The position numbers and the translations under genes were made by a program. Shown piece by piece: positions 45,471 to 57,700 of a stretch of DNA of 64,000 bases. Below the pieces are notes generated by a model. That model did no database searches, was not told the origin of the DNA, and worked only from the letters and a program-made list of their open reading frames with translations. The number at the start of each line of letters is the position of its first letter. Position 1 is the stretch's first letter. Origin of the DNA: Candidatus Woesearchaeota archaeon (lineage in GTDB: Archaea > Nanobdellota > Nanobdellia > Pacearchaeales > GW2011-AR1); assembly GCA_964623495.1 (NCBI GenBank), contig CAZUTV010000002.1:18789-82788 (forward strand). The letters run 5' to 3'.

Positions 45471-46698
45471 TTATTTTTCTTTAATTTTGTAGAATATCGC
45501 AAATGAAGCTATGAAATAAACTAATAATGAAGCCATGGCTATTCTCTGATTGCCGGTTAGAACAGATATTGTCCCGAAAACTAAAGGCCCGGTTAACGCG
45601 GCTATTTTGTTTGCAAATCCATTAAATCCGAAAAATTGATTCAATTTCTTTTTCGGGATTATATCAATAAACCATGCTCTTGCAATTGATTGGCCAGATC
45701 CGACAACCATCCCAGTTAAGATAGCTATAACATAAAAGATTAATTTCGAATTTGCTAACGCGCTTGCTGAAACAATCACACACCAGATTGCTAAAGTGAC
45801 TAAAAGAATTTTCTTATGCCCTCTTTTGTCACCCAGCCAACCAAAAAATATTGTTGCTGGAAAAGCTATAATTTGAATTAGCAATAAAATTACCGCAATT
45901 TCTGGAATTGAAAATGAGAGGGTGTTTTTAGCATAAATAGATACGAATGCAAATAGGGTTGCCAAACCATCGTTCATAAGATAAAATGCTAATAAAAACC
46001 AAGTGATCTTTTTGTGTTTTTTTATTTGTTTTAGAGTTTTAAAAACAGAATTGAAGCCCTGCCTCAGTTTTTTTTAAAAAGGATTCTTGGGGCATGGCTT
46101 TTGTTTTTTCTTTTATAAAAATAAATAATGGGAGAGAAAATAAGAGAAATATCATTGCTGTTAAAGGAAAAGTTAAATTATGGGTGGACTGAGACTCATA
46201 AATTGGCTTTAATATAATCATTGAAAATATCCCCCCTAAATAGCCAAACGCATAGCCTAAGCCAGAGATTCTCCCTTTTGTTTCTTTTGTGGAAATTTGA
46301 TTTAGGAAGGAGTCATAAATGGTTTGTGAGACTTCCACGCAGAAATTTGTTGCCATAAATACCAGCATACTAAATACAAATAAATTTGGACCAGAGAAGT
46401 ACAACAAAAATGTCCCAATTATTGCAATTGTTGTAAATAAAACCAGCTTGTTTTTCTTTTTTTGATATTTGTCAGAAATAGCTCCAACTAATGGTGTTGT
46501 GACGCCTCCAAGAAAAATAGAAACACTTACCGCAAATCCCCACCAGAAATCTCCGTTTGAGGGGGCTATAACTTCTTTGAAATAAATTGAAAAAATGAAT
46601 GAGATGACAATTAGGAAATAAGAGGAGTTCGCAAAATCATAAAATGCCCAGGAAATTGCCTGTTTTTTATCAACGTCTTTGAAGAACTCGTTTAGCAT
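45471..46698 (-). pseudogene. MFS transporter (UMF1/BtlA-like) split by a frameshift at a T8 tract (46068-46075)
   Basis: The N-half has SWAFYDFANS and GRISGLGYAFGYLGG. The C-half has GWLGDKRGHKK and QFFGFNG. Deleting one base fuses them through LKKLRQGFNSVFKTLKQIKKHKKITWFLLAFYLMNDG. Confidence 0.8.
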
Positions 46699-46780
46699 AC
46701 TAAATATTGTTTTATTCTGTTTAAATTATTATTCATTAGTTAACAACAATCCTTAAAAAAGGCATTTCTTTTTCAGTTTA

Positions 46781-47725
46781 ATGATTGATAATTATGAAAG
46801 AATCCTGGCTAAAATAGCCAAGATTTCCAAACTCGAAAAAGAGGAAGTGGAAAGGAGAATAGAGGCAAAGAGAGCAAAGCTTTCTGGGTTTATCAGCAAA
46901 GAGGGTGCTGCGCAGATTGTTGCAGCAGAGTTGGGGATAAGCTTTGACGGAGAGAAGCTTAAGATTGAAGAACTGCTTCCGGGAATGAGGAAGGTGAACG
47001 TTGTCGGAAAAATTATTAATATGTTTCCTGTTAGGTCTTTCACAACTAAAAAGGGCGAGGCCGGGAAAGTTGCGAACTTAGTTATTGCGGATGACACTTC
47101 TAATATTAAGGTGGTCTTATGGGATACCCACCATATTTCGATGATAGAGAGGGGGGAAATTTCTCCGGGAAGTGTTGTTGAGATCTTAAATGGAAGTATG
47201 AGGGATAATGAGGTCCATCTTGGAAGTTTTTCTGAGTTAAAAACAAGCAATTTAGTCTTTGATAGTATTGTTTTAGAAAAAGTCGCTAAGGAGAAGAAAC
47301 TTTCAGATATAAGAATTTCTGATTCTGCCATAGTCAGGGCATTTATTGTGCAAGCATTTGAACCCCGATTCTTTTACGTTTGTCCTAATTGCAGAAAGAA
47401 AGCAGTTTCTGGTGTAGATGGGTTTATCTGCGAAGAGCATGGAAAAGTTATCCCGGAAAAAAGGGCTTTAATGAATCTTGTTCTTGACGATGGTACAGAA
47501 ACTGTAAGAAGCGTTGTTTTTTCTGATGCCTTGCAGAGTTTAGGGTTAAGCAATTTAGAAAGTCCAGATGAAGTTATAAGCCAGATAAATTCCTTGCTTG
47601 GAAAAGAGCTCTTTTTTTTAGGAAACGTCAGGAATAATAAATTCTTCAATAATATGGAATTTATTATCGATGAGGTTAAGAATATAGATCTTGACGAAGT
47701 TATTACAAGACTAGAGAAACAATAA
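46781..47725 (+). CDS. Replication protein A / SSB-like OB-fold protein with a Zn finger
   Basis: N-terminal KRAKLSGFISKEGAAQIVA, OB fold (ADDTSNIKVVLW), CPNC...CEEHG and LDDGTE. Confidence 0.85.
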   Translation: MIDNYERILAKIAKISKLEKEEVERRIEAKRAKLSGFISKEGAAQIVAAELGISFDGEKLKIEELLPGMRKVNVVGKIINMFPVRSFTTKKGEAGKVANLVIADDTSNIKVVLWDTHHISMIERGEISPGSVVEILNGSMRDNEVHLGSFSELKTSNLVFDSIVLEKVAKEKKLSDIRISDSAIVRAFIVQAFEPRFFYVCPNCRKKAVSGVDGFICEEHGKVIPEKRALMNLVLDDGTETVRSVVFSDALQSLGLSNLESPDEVISQINSLLGKELFFLGNVRNNKFFNNMEFIIDEVKNIDLDEVITRLEKQ

Positions 47726-47759
47726 GCAAACTTTATAAGCTTGAATTCTGATTTATCCA

Positions 47760-48164
47760 ATGGCTAGAAGAAATTTTGTTAGAGTTTTAGGGTTTTTCCT
47801 TTTTCCTTTACTGGTTTTTCTCTTGGATATTGTTCTAAATTTTGTCTTTGATCTTGGAAAAACATTTCCTTCACAGGACATTCCTCTACATTTTTTAGGG
47901 GGGTTTTCAATAGCTTACTCTTTTGTCCTACTCCTGAATTTCTTTAAAGAAGAGAAATTGCTGGCACTTAATGCTAAGAGTATATTTATTTTAGTGATAG
48001 TCTCCCTGGTTTGTCTGGCTGCTGTTTTGTGGGAGTTTTATGAGTTTCTTATGTTCTTGATTTTTGAACTGAATATGCAGCCAAGTGTAAACGATATTGT
48101 CGGAGATTTGTTTTTTGGTTTTTTGGGAGGATTGGCAGGAAGTTTGGTTTTTAGGAAAGTTTAA
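47760..48164 (+). CDS. Membrane protein (DUF2238/VanZ-like)
   Basis: DIPLHFLGG, LWEFYEF and DIVGDL. Confidence 0.65.
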   Translation: MARRNFVRVLGFFLFPLLVFLLDIVLNFVFDLGKTFPSQDIPLHFLGGFSIAYSFVLLLNFFKEEKLLALNAKSIFILVIVSLVCLAAVLWEFYEFLMFLIFELNMQPSVNDIVGDLFFGFLGGLAGSLVFRKV

Positions 48165-48188
48165 ATTTTAGGGATTTTTTGTTGTTTG

Positions 48189-48644
48189 ATGATGCTGAAA
48201 ACTCACCTTGCAATAAGTATCTTGTTTATTCTTTTGCTAATTCTGGTGGTGAATAATCTATGGGTTTTTATTCCTGTTTGCTTGTTTGTAACAATACTTC
48301 CAGATATGGATTCTAGATTTTCTGCTCTTGGGAAGAAGCCTTTAGTAAGAATCTTTAATCTTTTTTCAAAGCATAGGGGATTCTTTCATAGCTATACCTT
48401 TTTGTTTTTAATAACTCTTGTTTTTGCATTATGCCTGCCTGTTGTGGCTTTTGGCTTCTTTTTGGGGTATGGATTGCACTTATTTGCTGACAGTTTTACT
48501 CATTATGGTATTGTGCCTTTTTGGCCGTGGAAAAAAGTTTTAAATGGAAGCTTAAAAACTGGCGGAAAGATAGAGAAGAGCTTGTTTGTGGCGATTCTCG
48601 TGGTTTTGTTTATGCTTATTTTATGGAGAACCCGGGTTATATAA
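48189..48644 (+). CDS. Membrane-bound metal-dependent hydrolase (YdjM-like)
   Basis: KTH, LPDMD, HRGFFHS, HLFADSFT and PFWP. Confidence 0.85.
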   Translation: MMLKTHLAISILFILLLILVVNNLWVFIPVCLFVTILPDMDSRFSALGKKPLVRIFNLFSKHRGFFHSYTFLFLITLVFALCLPVVAFGFFLGYGLHLFADSFTHYGIVPFWPWKKVLNGSLKTGGKIEKSLFVAILVVLFMLILWRTRVI

Positions 48645-48690
48645 TATAAAGCATAAATCCTTAAAAACCCGATATTTTTATCTTCTTTGT

Positions 48691-49689
48691 ATGGCAAAAA
48701 AAAGTGATGATAAAGAGGAAAAAGAGGAAAAAGGAGCTGAACCTCAGCTTACCGACCTCCCTGGGATAGGTCCTGCGGTTGCTGCTAAACTTGAGTCTGC
48801 AGGAGTTTTTGACTTAATGTCTTTAGCGGTTATGTCTCCAAACGCTCTGGCAGACCTTGCTGGGGTTGGGGCAGCTGTTGCAAGAAAAGCAATTCAGGCT
48901 GCTAGGGAAATGCTTAATCTTGGATTTAGCGATGGTTTAGAATTTGCAGAAAGAAGAGCGAATATTTCTTATATAACTACTGGAAGCAAGAATTTAGATC
49001 AGTTGTTGGGCGGAAAAGGAGTCGAATCTAGGTCAATAACCGAGGCTTTTGGAGCCTACGGAAGCGGAAAAACTCAACTTGGTTTAACTTTGGCTGTGAA
49101 TGTTCAGCTTCCATTGGAGAAAGGAGGAGCTAATGGAAAGTGCGTTTTTATTGATACAGAAGGAACTTTTAGGCCTGCAAGAATAAAACAGATTGCAGAA
49201 GCAATGGGGGCTAATTCTGAAAAAGTTTTAAAAAATATTTTTGTTGCTCGGGCATTTAACTCAGATCATCAGATTTTATTGTTAGAGAAGGTTACTGAAA
49301 TGATAAAAGGTGGAGAACCGATAAAGCTAATGATTATTGATTCTTTGACCGCACATTTTAGGGCAGAGTTTACTGGAAGAGGCATGTTGGCAGATAGGCA
49401 GCAAAAATTGAACAAGTATATGCATGACCTAATGAGGCTCGCTGAAAGCCATAATCTTGCAGTTTATGTCACAAACCAGGTGATGGCAAATCCTGCGCAG
49501 ATGTTTGGAGATCCAACCACTGCAATTGGGGGGAATATTGTCGGACATGCGAGCACATATAGGATGTACTTAAGAAGAGGAAAAAAAGATTCAAGAGTTG
49601 CAAAACTTATTGATAGTCCCAACTTGCCTGATAATGAAACAATTTTCTTTTTGAGCGAGGCAGGGATTATTGATGGAGAGGGTGATTAA
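48691..49689 (+). CDS. radA: DNA repair and recombination protein RadA
   Basis: N-terminal HhH (DLPGIGP), GAYGSGKTQ, IDTEGTFRP, IIDSL, RQQKLN and GGNIVGH. Confidence 0.97.
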   Translation: MAKKSDDKEEKEEKGAEPQLTDLPGIGPAVAAKLESAGVFDLMSLAVMSPNALADLAGVGAAVARKAIQAAREMLNLGFSDGLEFAERRANISYITTGSKNLDQLLGGKGVESRSITEAFGAYGSGKTQLGLTLAVNVQLPLEKGGANGKCVFIDTEGTFRPARIKQIAEAMGANSEKVLKNIFVARAFNSDHQILLLEKVTEMIKGGEPIKLMIIDSLTAHFRAEFTGRGMLADRQQKLNKYMHDLMRLAESHNLAVYVTNQVMANPAQMFGDPTTAIGGNIVGHASTYRMYLRRGKKDSRVAKLIDSPNLPDNETIFFLSEAGIIDGEGD

Positions 49690-49690
49690 G

Positions 49691-49933
49691 ATGGGGGGTT
49701 TACCTGTTCCAAGAGTGGAATATGTTGATGATGGGGATGGAACTTTTTTTTTGGCTTATGTTGATGAAAAGGGCAATAGAGGCGAGATTCAAAGAGGACT
49801 TAGTTTTTATCAATCCCACTCTTTTCACGTTTCTAAAGGGAGGGAGGTTCCATTAGTCAGAGTCGAAGATTTGATCAGAAGATGCGAAGTTGATGCGATT
49901 GCACAGGCCAATCATAGATTCCATAATGGTTAA
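49691..49933 (+). CDS. Hypothetical protein
   Basis: Short ORF filling the gap between radA and metK. Confidence 0.45.
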   Translation: MGGLPVPRVEYVDDGDGTFFLAYVDEKGNRGEIQRGLSFYQSHSFHVSKGREVPLVRVEDLIRRCEVDAIAQANHRFHNG

Positions 49934-49936
49934 AAC

Positions 49937-51073
49937 ATGAAAAAGATAATAACCTCTGAAAGTGTGACTGAGGGGCATCCTGATAAAATTTGCGACCAGA
50001 TTTCTGATGCAATTTTAGACAATCTTATAGCGCAAGATCCTTATTCAAGAGTTGCTGTTGAAACTCTTGTGACTACTGGAAGTGTTCATGTTGCGGGAGA
50101 GATAACTACAAGAGGTTTTGCAGATATTCAAAAAATTGTAAGGGATGTTTTGAAAGATATTGGGTATACTGATCCTGCATTTGGAATTGATTGCGAAGAT
50201 GCAGGTGTATGGGTGTCGATTCACGGCCAATCTCCAGACATTGCAAAGGGCGTGGACAAGGAAGGTGCAGGAGATCAAGGAATGATGTATGGGTATGCAT
50301 GCAATGAAACTCCGGAATTAATGCCGTTGCCAATTGTCCTTGCACATAAATTAACCCGGAGACTTGCAGAAGCCAGGAAGAGTGGTGAGATAATAAGTAT
50401 AGGTCCCGATGGGAAAAGCCAGGTTAGTGTTGAATACGAAAATGATAAACCTAAGAGAATAGAAGCAATTGTAATTGCACAGCAACATAAAGACGGGATT
50501 CCTGAAGAAGATTTAAAAAAGGATATTTTGGCAAAGATTGTAAAACCAATTTGCGAAGCTCTTATTGATTCTAACACCAAGATCCATATTAATGCTACAG
50601 GGGCATTCACTATTGGTGGGCCAGAAGGAGATACGGGGGTCACTGGAAGAAAAATAATTGTGGATACTTATGGGGGGGTTGGAAGACACGGAGGAGGCGC
50701 TTTTTCTGGTAAAGATCCAACAAAAGTAGATCGGTCTGGAGCTTACATGGCAAGATATATTGCAAAGAATATTGTTGCCTCAGGACTTGCTGATAAATGT
50801 GAAGTTGCTCTAAGCTATGCTATAGGTGTTTCAGAGCCGACATCTGTGGATGTTAATTGTTTTGGAACAGCAAAAATAGATGAAGAAAAAATTTCTGAAT
50901 TAGTAAGAAGAAATTTTAAGCTAACGCCAAAGGGAATTATAGAGAGTTTGGATTTAAGGAAGCCCATCTATAGGCAGACTGCCGCTTACGGTCATTTTGG
51001 AAGGAGTGGGTTTGACTTTAGTTGGGAGAGGACAGACAAAGCTGAAATTTTAAGAAGAGAAGCTGGAATTTAA
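49937..51073 (+). CDS. metK: S-adenosylmethionine synthetase, bacterial/eukaryotic type
   Basis: [35 protein letters not shown] and [16 protein letters not shown]. Confidence 0.97.
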   Translation: MKKIITSESVTEGHPDKICDQISDAILDNLIAQDPYSRVAVETLVTTGSVHVAGEITTRGFADIQKIVRDVLKDIGYTDPAFGIDCEDAGVWVSIHGQSPDIAKGVDKEGAGDQGMMYGYACNETPELMPLPIVLAHKLTRRLAEARKSGEIISIGPDGKSQVSVEYENDKPKRIEAIVIAQQHKDGIPEEDLKKDILAKIVKPICEALIDSNTKIHINATGAFTIGGPEGDTGVTGRKIIVDTYGGVGRHGGGAFSGKDPTKVDRSGAYMARYIAKNIVASGLADKCEVALSYAIGVSEPTSVDVNCFGTAKIDEEKISELVRRNFKLTPKGIIESLDLRKPIYRQTAAYGHFGRSGFDFSWERTDKAEILRREAGI

Positions 51074-51651
51074 AAGAAGTCATGAATTGTATTGTAAGAA
51101 TGAATATCTTCTTTATTGAACCAGTGAGCTATTTCGTATTCTGCTTCTTCCTTGTTTCCGGAAGCATGAATTAGGTTTCTTACAGCTCTTTTTCTCATGT
51201 TTGCTAAATCTGGAGAGTCTATTGAAAAATCTCCTCTAATTGTTCCTGGTTCTGCAAATGCAGGGACTGTTTGTCCAACTATTTTTCTTACCATTTTTAT
51301 TGAATGTAGTCCCTCAACAACCATCTTTATTATTGGGCCAGAAGTCATAAAATCAACCAGCCACTCTCTGACTTTTAAGCCTATCTCGTAAGGATCTTCT
51401 GTTCCGTAATCCTCAAGTAGAGTTGTTTGGATTTCAAACTCTTTGTATCCTTTAACTGTATTGTTTCCAAGGCCTGTGATCCATTCTTTGTTTTTTGGAT
51501 AGTGATTGCTGATTTGCTCTCTTGTGGGGAGAGTCATTTGCAGTGCAACTACTTTTAATCCTCGTGCTTCGAATCTTCTTATTATCTCTCCGATTAAGTG
51601 TCTTTTAACACCATCTGGTTTGATTAATACCAGGGTTCTTTCCCTTTCCAT
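51070..51651 (-). CDS. ndk: Nucleoside diphosphate kinase
   Basis: [20 protein letters not shown] and NLIHAS. Confidence 0.95.
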   Translation of the reverse strand: MERERTLVLIKPDGVKRHLIGEIIRRFEARGLKVVALQMTLPTREQISNHYPKNKEWITGLGNNTVKGYKEFEIQTTLLEDYGTEDPYEIGLKVREWLVDFMTSGPIIKMVVEGLHSIKMVRKIVGQTVPAFAEPGTIRGDFSIDSPDLANMRKRAVRNLIHASGNKEEAEYEIAHWFNKEDIHSYNTIHDFF

Positions 51652-51761
51652 AATGACGATGAATTATTTTAATTTATAAATTTTGCTGTATTTTGATACT
51701 AGTTTCATCTTTTTCTAGAAAACATTTATAAAGTTGAATTCCGTGAAAAAATTGTTAAAAG

Positions 51762-54700
51762 ATGGTGGGGGCGAAAAAAAATTTAGCCTTAATTGTATTT
51801 TTGCTAGCTTTCTTCGTCTTCTTTTCTGGGATTTCTTCTTCTGCTAATTGTTGGAGTTATACTACACAGTCTACCTGCGAAACAAATTCTTGTAAATGGA
51901 AGAGCGATGCTTGGGGAAGCTGGTGTGAAGAGCTTCAATGCTGGAGCCTGAATACACAAACAGATTGTTCTAATTCAACATACCATACTTTAATTGGAAA
52001 AACTTGTTCGTGGCAGACAGGAGGAAATTCTAATTTTTGCGGACAGATAAGTTGCTGGCTGTATTCTGGAACAAACCAAAGTTATTGTGAAAGCAATCCA
52101 TCTGGTAGATCTTGTGAATGGAGCTCAAATTGCTATAATATCGGTGGAGGCAGCGGGTCTTCTGTTAGCTGTTGGAGTATCAGCGATCAATCTACTTGTG
52201 GAAATACTACTGGATGCAGATGGGGAGATTGTCATGATAAAGGGTGCTGGAGTTTCTCAAACTCCACTTTGTGTGTTAATGCAAAAAATCCATGGGATGG
52301 AAGAAATTGCACTTGGACCGGATCTTCATGTATGGAGTCTAGTTGTGGCAATAGTCAGCTTTATCCAAATCAAACTGTATGTACATCTGCATCTCATTGC
52401 AGGTGGCAAGGATCTTCAACTTCTGGTTGGTGCGAGACGAAAAATTGCTGGAATTTTGATGGAAATCAAACAGGGTGCTTAACTGCAAATTCGACTATTG
52501 GAAAATCGTGTAATTGGGATAACGGGTATTGTGATGATGTTGGTTGTTGGACTTATGATAGTAATCAAACAGCTTGTAATCAGCAGCCAGGATGCAGCTG
52601 GCAGACATCGACGAGTTCTGGGTGGTGCGAGCAAGTAAATTGCTGGATATGGGATTCAATGAAGGGAGGCAATCAAACCGCATGCACGACTCTTGACTCA
52701 AATTACGGATTAAATTGTTTATGGAGCGGAAATCCCCCAGGAAACTCAACGAGTGGCTGGTGTTATCAAGATAATTCTGGGATAAGCTGTACGAACATAA
52801 CTACAGAGAAATCCTGTTATGATACCCAGTATTGCTGGTGGCAGGCGAATGATTGGAATAATGCAAGCGCTGGAGGAACATGTTCTAACCCAAGCTGGGG
52901 CGGTGGAGGTTACAGCAATAACAGTATTGTCAATAATTGGAATCCCGGGTGTTATATCTTTGATATCAATTCTACAGATTGCAACAACATTATAGGATGC
53001 AATGCCACTTCAAGCACGGAATGCGATCCGATTAATGAAAATTCGAGCATCATCAATGTTACTGCAGAATATATCAACACAAATGGATTAAACTGCACTT
53101 TAATTAATGATTCTGATTTATGTAATGATATCCCAATTCTTTCTTCATGCTGTGTTTGGCAGAATGGAAGCTGTAGTGCTTCTTATACAACCACCTCTTG
53201 CAGAGACCAAATGAGTCAGACACCTTCTGGAGAAACTTCTTGTGATGATGCTTCAACTCAGGCGATCTGTGAACAGCTGACAGGAAATCCATGGTACTGG
53301 CCTTGTAAGTGGAATAATGTCACATCAAAATGTACGGTTAAGGCAGGAGATATCTGGGGAAATAAAACCCAGAACTTTGTAACTATAGAAAATCAGATTA
53401 CTTGTGAAGCTGTTGGTGGAAAGTGGGTGACTGAAAATTATTGTGAGGGAAATTCTTCAATACCTGCAGGGAGGTGCGAGTATAAATTTGACGAGGAAAG
53501 AAATTGCAATAAGGCCTGCTTTGCCTGTGAATATAAATCTGATGGGAGTGCACACAATTCTAGCGCTGACGCAAAAATTGCCTGTCTCAACTCTAAATTG
53601 GGCTATTGCGAATTTGAAGAATCATCTTCTGCACCAAATGGGTACGGTTATTGTAAGGCTAAAGAACAGTTTAAGGGAGGTTTTGCAGAAGACTGCAGTG
53701 CAAGTAATTGCGGGGGTTGTACCTTTATGGGGTTCGTTAACGGAACCAATGGAACTAAAACTCCTATTGATTATTGTAATGGATTTAGCAGTTCGTGCAA
53801 ATGGATCTTTGATGGAAGTTCTTCAACCAAGGGATATTGTGCGGATAAAGGAACAAAGGTTTGTGAAGATTCTTGCGATAGGTGTTACACAAGAGAAAAG
53901 TGCGTGAATGATGGAAGGACAAATATTGCAAATCAATCTGGAAGCTGTAAATGGCAAGGTACAGATGATGATGGAAGCTGCGTTGCAAATATTGGGGAAA
54001 GCGTTGAAGTTTGCTGGAATGGGGAAGATGATAATGACAATGATCTAACTGATTGTGCAGACCCCGGATGTTATAGTGATTCTTTTTGCGGTTTTGTTGG
54101 AGGAACCTGTTCTATCTGGTCAGATAAGTCAAATTGCGAGAGTAATAATTGCGAGTGGGTTAGTGATAAATGGGGAAGCTGGTGTGACTTTAAGGGGAGT
54201 CAGTGCTGGAGGTATGACAAAAATCAGAACGCGTGTCAAGGAATTACACAAGTAAATAATGAAACCATGAATATCTCTGCAGCAAGACTTTCTGGGAACC
54301 ACATAAATACTTCCTATACCTTTAGCCCGTTATATGTCGGGCTTGGTTTAATTCAATCGTCGGTTTTTGTTCTTAATGGAAGCGGAATTAATATAAATGG
54401 AAATTATAGTGTCAATTTCACCACAAATACCATTACCTTTGCAAATAACACTTTTATGTTGGGCACTGGGAATTTGATGAATATTGCTTATCAATATCTT
54501 TCAAACACCTCTCAGTACTGTGAGTGGCAGAATGGAACAGGGGTTGGTTGGTGCGAGCAGGATTGGAGTGTTGCAGAGCAGTGTATGGGTTTCCCTAATC
54601 AGACAATCTGTGAAACAACGCAGGTTAGCGGGACAAATTGTACTTGGACTGTTGATAGCTGGTGTCAAGGGCAGGGAAACAGCAGTGATTGGTGCACCAA

Positions 54701-57700
54701 TCATGGTGGTTGGTGTGATCATCCAGATTTTAAGCCAAAAAACTGCTGGCAGTATACTGGGGAATCGGCCTGTGGTATAGCAAATTGCTCTTGGAGAACA
54801 GACCAGTGGAGCCAGCCACATTGTGAGGCAAATTGGAGCAACAATTGTTGGAATTATACTGTTGCAACCTGCCCTACAAATCTTGGATGTGCGGTTAGAA
54901 GTGATTCTTGGGGAAGTTGGTGTGATAATACTATGAATCAGTGTTGGAGCAAGACCAATCAGAGTGCATGTGGTGCTGTAAGTGTTTGTAGCTGGAGAAA
55001 TACTTCTTTTGGAGGAGAGTGTCAGCCTTCTTGTTTTAATTCGACTCTTAGCAATAGTCAGTCTGCTTGCGCAGCAGTTAGTGGATGTTATTGGAAATCA
55101 GATAACGGATGGTGTGAAGAAAAGCAATCTGCCCAATGTTGGAACTCAACTCTTAGCAATAATGAAACCGCATGCGGTGCGACAACGGGGTGTAGATGGA
55201 AAAATCCTGGGTGGTGCAGTCCAGAAGAGGGATTTAATGCAGGATCCATGGCTAGTGGAGGGGGAGTTGGAGGTGCATTTGGATCAGAATGTTATAAATA
55301 TGATAACAACCAAACAGCATGTACAAATTCTTCCTTGATTGGGGTTTCTTGTGTTTGGAGTGTTGAGCCTCAGCCAGTTTGTGAGGTCGATTGGAGCAGA
55401 GATTGCTGGCAATATACCAGCGAGGCTGGAGGGTGCAACGTTACAAATGGTTGTTGGTGGAATTCTAATGCAAATCCCGGATATTGCACAAACATGATGG
55501 ATCAGTGCTGGCAAAATGCTAGCTATCAAAGTTGGAATAATGCGCAATGGCTAGGAAACTGCACTTCAAATTCGCTTTGTACAAATAGCTCGTTTGGGGG
55601 ATGCGAACCCAAATGCTTTTCCACAACAACGCAATCTGCTTGTCAACTTATTAATAGCAGCAATGTTGCTGCATGCAAATGGATTACCGGATTATGTGAT
55701 CCTTTGGGTATGAGCGAGATTTTTGATGATATGGAAGGGGGACAGCCAGTGCCTTTGGGTGGAGACATCTGTGATGGAAGTGAAACAAGCCAGGCGTCTG
55801 TTGATTTGTGCGGGTTTGGAATGAAAGACATGGGTGATGCTTACGGATTTGGCGCGTTTGTAAGAAGTTTTGTTAATTCAAGTGTCTGTAATAAATTGCA
55901 AGTAACTTCAGGAGGAGCTCCTGGTTCTCCTGGAACACAAGTTATTGGTTCAGGGAACGATACAGTTAAGTATATTGTTTATTTGGATAGCGATGGTTTA
56001 ATAACTGGAAACTGCAATTTAGATTCGAATAGTTCTGCACCCGGATATGAGTTTAAACTTGTTTATTCTTCAGAGTGGAATTCAAATACAAGCAAGGCAA
56101 CCGAAACTTTTACGGCCTATAAGTGTGATAATAATAATTGGAAGATTACAGATATAAAAATCAGCGTTTGGAAAGAGCTTATGTGTGGTGAAATTGGGGG
56201 CCCAATGATCGCAATTGACAAATCTGAGCTTTCAAAATATCCTCTTCTTTATGATTCTACCGAAGACTTAAGGGTTTTTGTCGCAACTGTAGGAAATACT
56301 GGAAGCGTAAGCTCACCTTTAGATACTGCTGGACCTGGTTGGGCAACTCCTGGAGCAATTGATTTTGAGATTGCCGGAGCATTTGAATATGGGGCAGATA
56401 GTGCTAAATTTGAAAATATATTGAAGAAAGGATTCGTGCAGTATGAAGATTGTTTTGCTGCAGGGGATGAGGATAATGATGGTGTTTCTAATTGCAATGA
56501 TTGGAACTGCCAATTTGCCCCTCAATGTGCTAATTTGGGTGTTAATGCGATAGGATATAGCGATACAAAGATGCCACAGGTTATAGGAGTTAAGATAGAA
56601 GAGTATCCAGATTCTGCTTTGATAATGTATGATACAAATAAACCCACCAACGGAACTCTTGAGTTTTACAAAGAAGACTCTACTTGCACCACTTTGAATA
56701 GTAGCGTTTATGATATTGGACTTACAAGCACTAATGTAAGGGATTATAAGCTATGGCATAGTGCCGAAATTTATTCTGCGAATTTAGGATACTCCTTAAG
56801 TGAAGATACAACTTATTACTATAGACTGAAAGTTTGCGATAATTATGGAAAGTGTGCAATAAGCAAGTGTAGCTCCTTTGTTACTTCATCGACAAGCAAA
56901 TGCGGTTTCTGTAACTTTGTTACACGAATAAAGGCAGGAAGTAGTTGGACAATCAGCTACGACGACAACCAAGATGGAACATATGAGCATGTTCAAGGGG
57001 CGGTTTGTGGAAGCAATGCAGGAATGAAGACAAATTATTCTAGTGGGAGAAGAGTCAATATAAAACTATCCAAGACAGATGGAACAACTTACTTTGAATT
57101 TGTGAACGCTTCATTAACAAAAACAGGGTTGAATGATAAAGTTAGAGCAATAAGCGATTCTGGGGACATTATTGCAAGCTCCACTTTAGTAGGATTAAGC
57201 TCTGAAACTAGGGATAAGATAATTAATAATCTTCACCCGGAGATTTGTAGAATTAAGATACCCACGTCTGGAGCTTGCACCACTCTTTACCATTGCGATG
57301 ATAATGGAGAGAATTGTGTTGATAGGACCGCAGAGTCAATTTTAATTGATTCTGCAAATTGTGTTTGGCAAATTCCTTATTGTGAATTCTCTACCTATAA
57401 GACAACCAGTTCATCTTCTTCTAGCTCTTCATCAAGTTCTAGTGGAGGGGGATCTAGCAGTGGAGGTGCAGCTGGAGGGCTGATGTATGATGTTAATGAT
57501 CAACAATTGACTAGCGGATATTCTAAGGAATTAAAAATTTACGATAAATTAAGATTTACTTTAAATCAAGTTTATCATTTTCTAGAACTTAAGTCACTGA
57601 CCGCGACAAGTGCGTCAATCCAAGTTAGCAGCACCCCCCAACAAGCAACTTTAGGGGTCGGGGAGTCCAAAAAATTTGAGTTGACAGACGATAATTTTTA

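Noticed and set aside
48586..48690. N-terminal extension of RadA in the ORF track
   Set aside because: It overlaps the upstream gene; the ATG at 48691 gives a typical RadA start.
52087..56525. Many alternative-frame ORFs within the giant surface protein gene
   Set aside because: They are by-products of the Cys/Trp/Gly-rich codon usage and show no independent motifs.
57408..57480. TCT/AGC/GGA low-complexity run
   Set aside because: It encodes an ordinary Ser/Gly linker with 3-nt periodicity.
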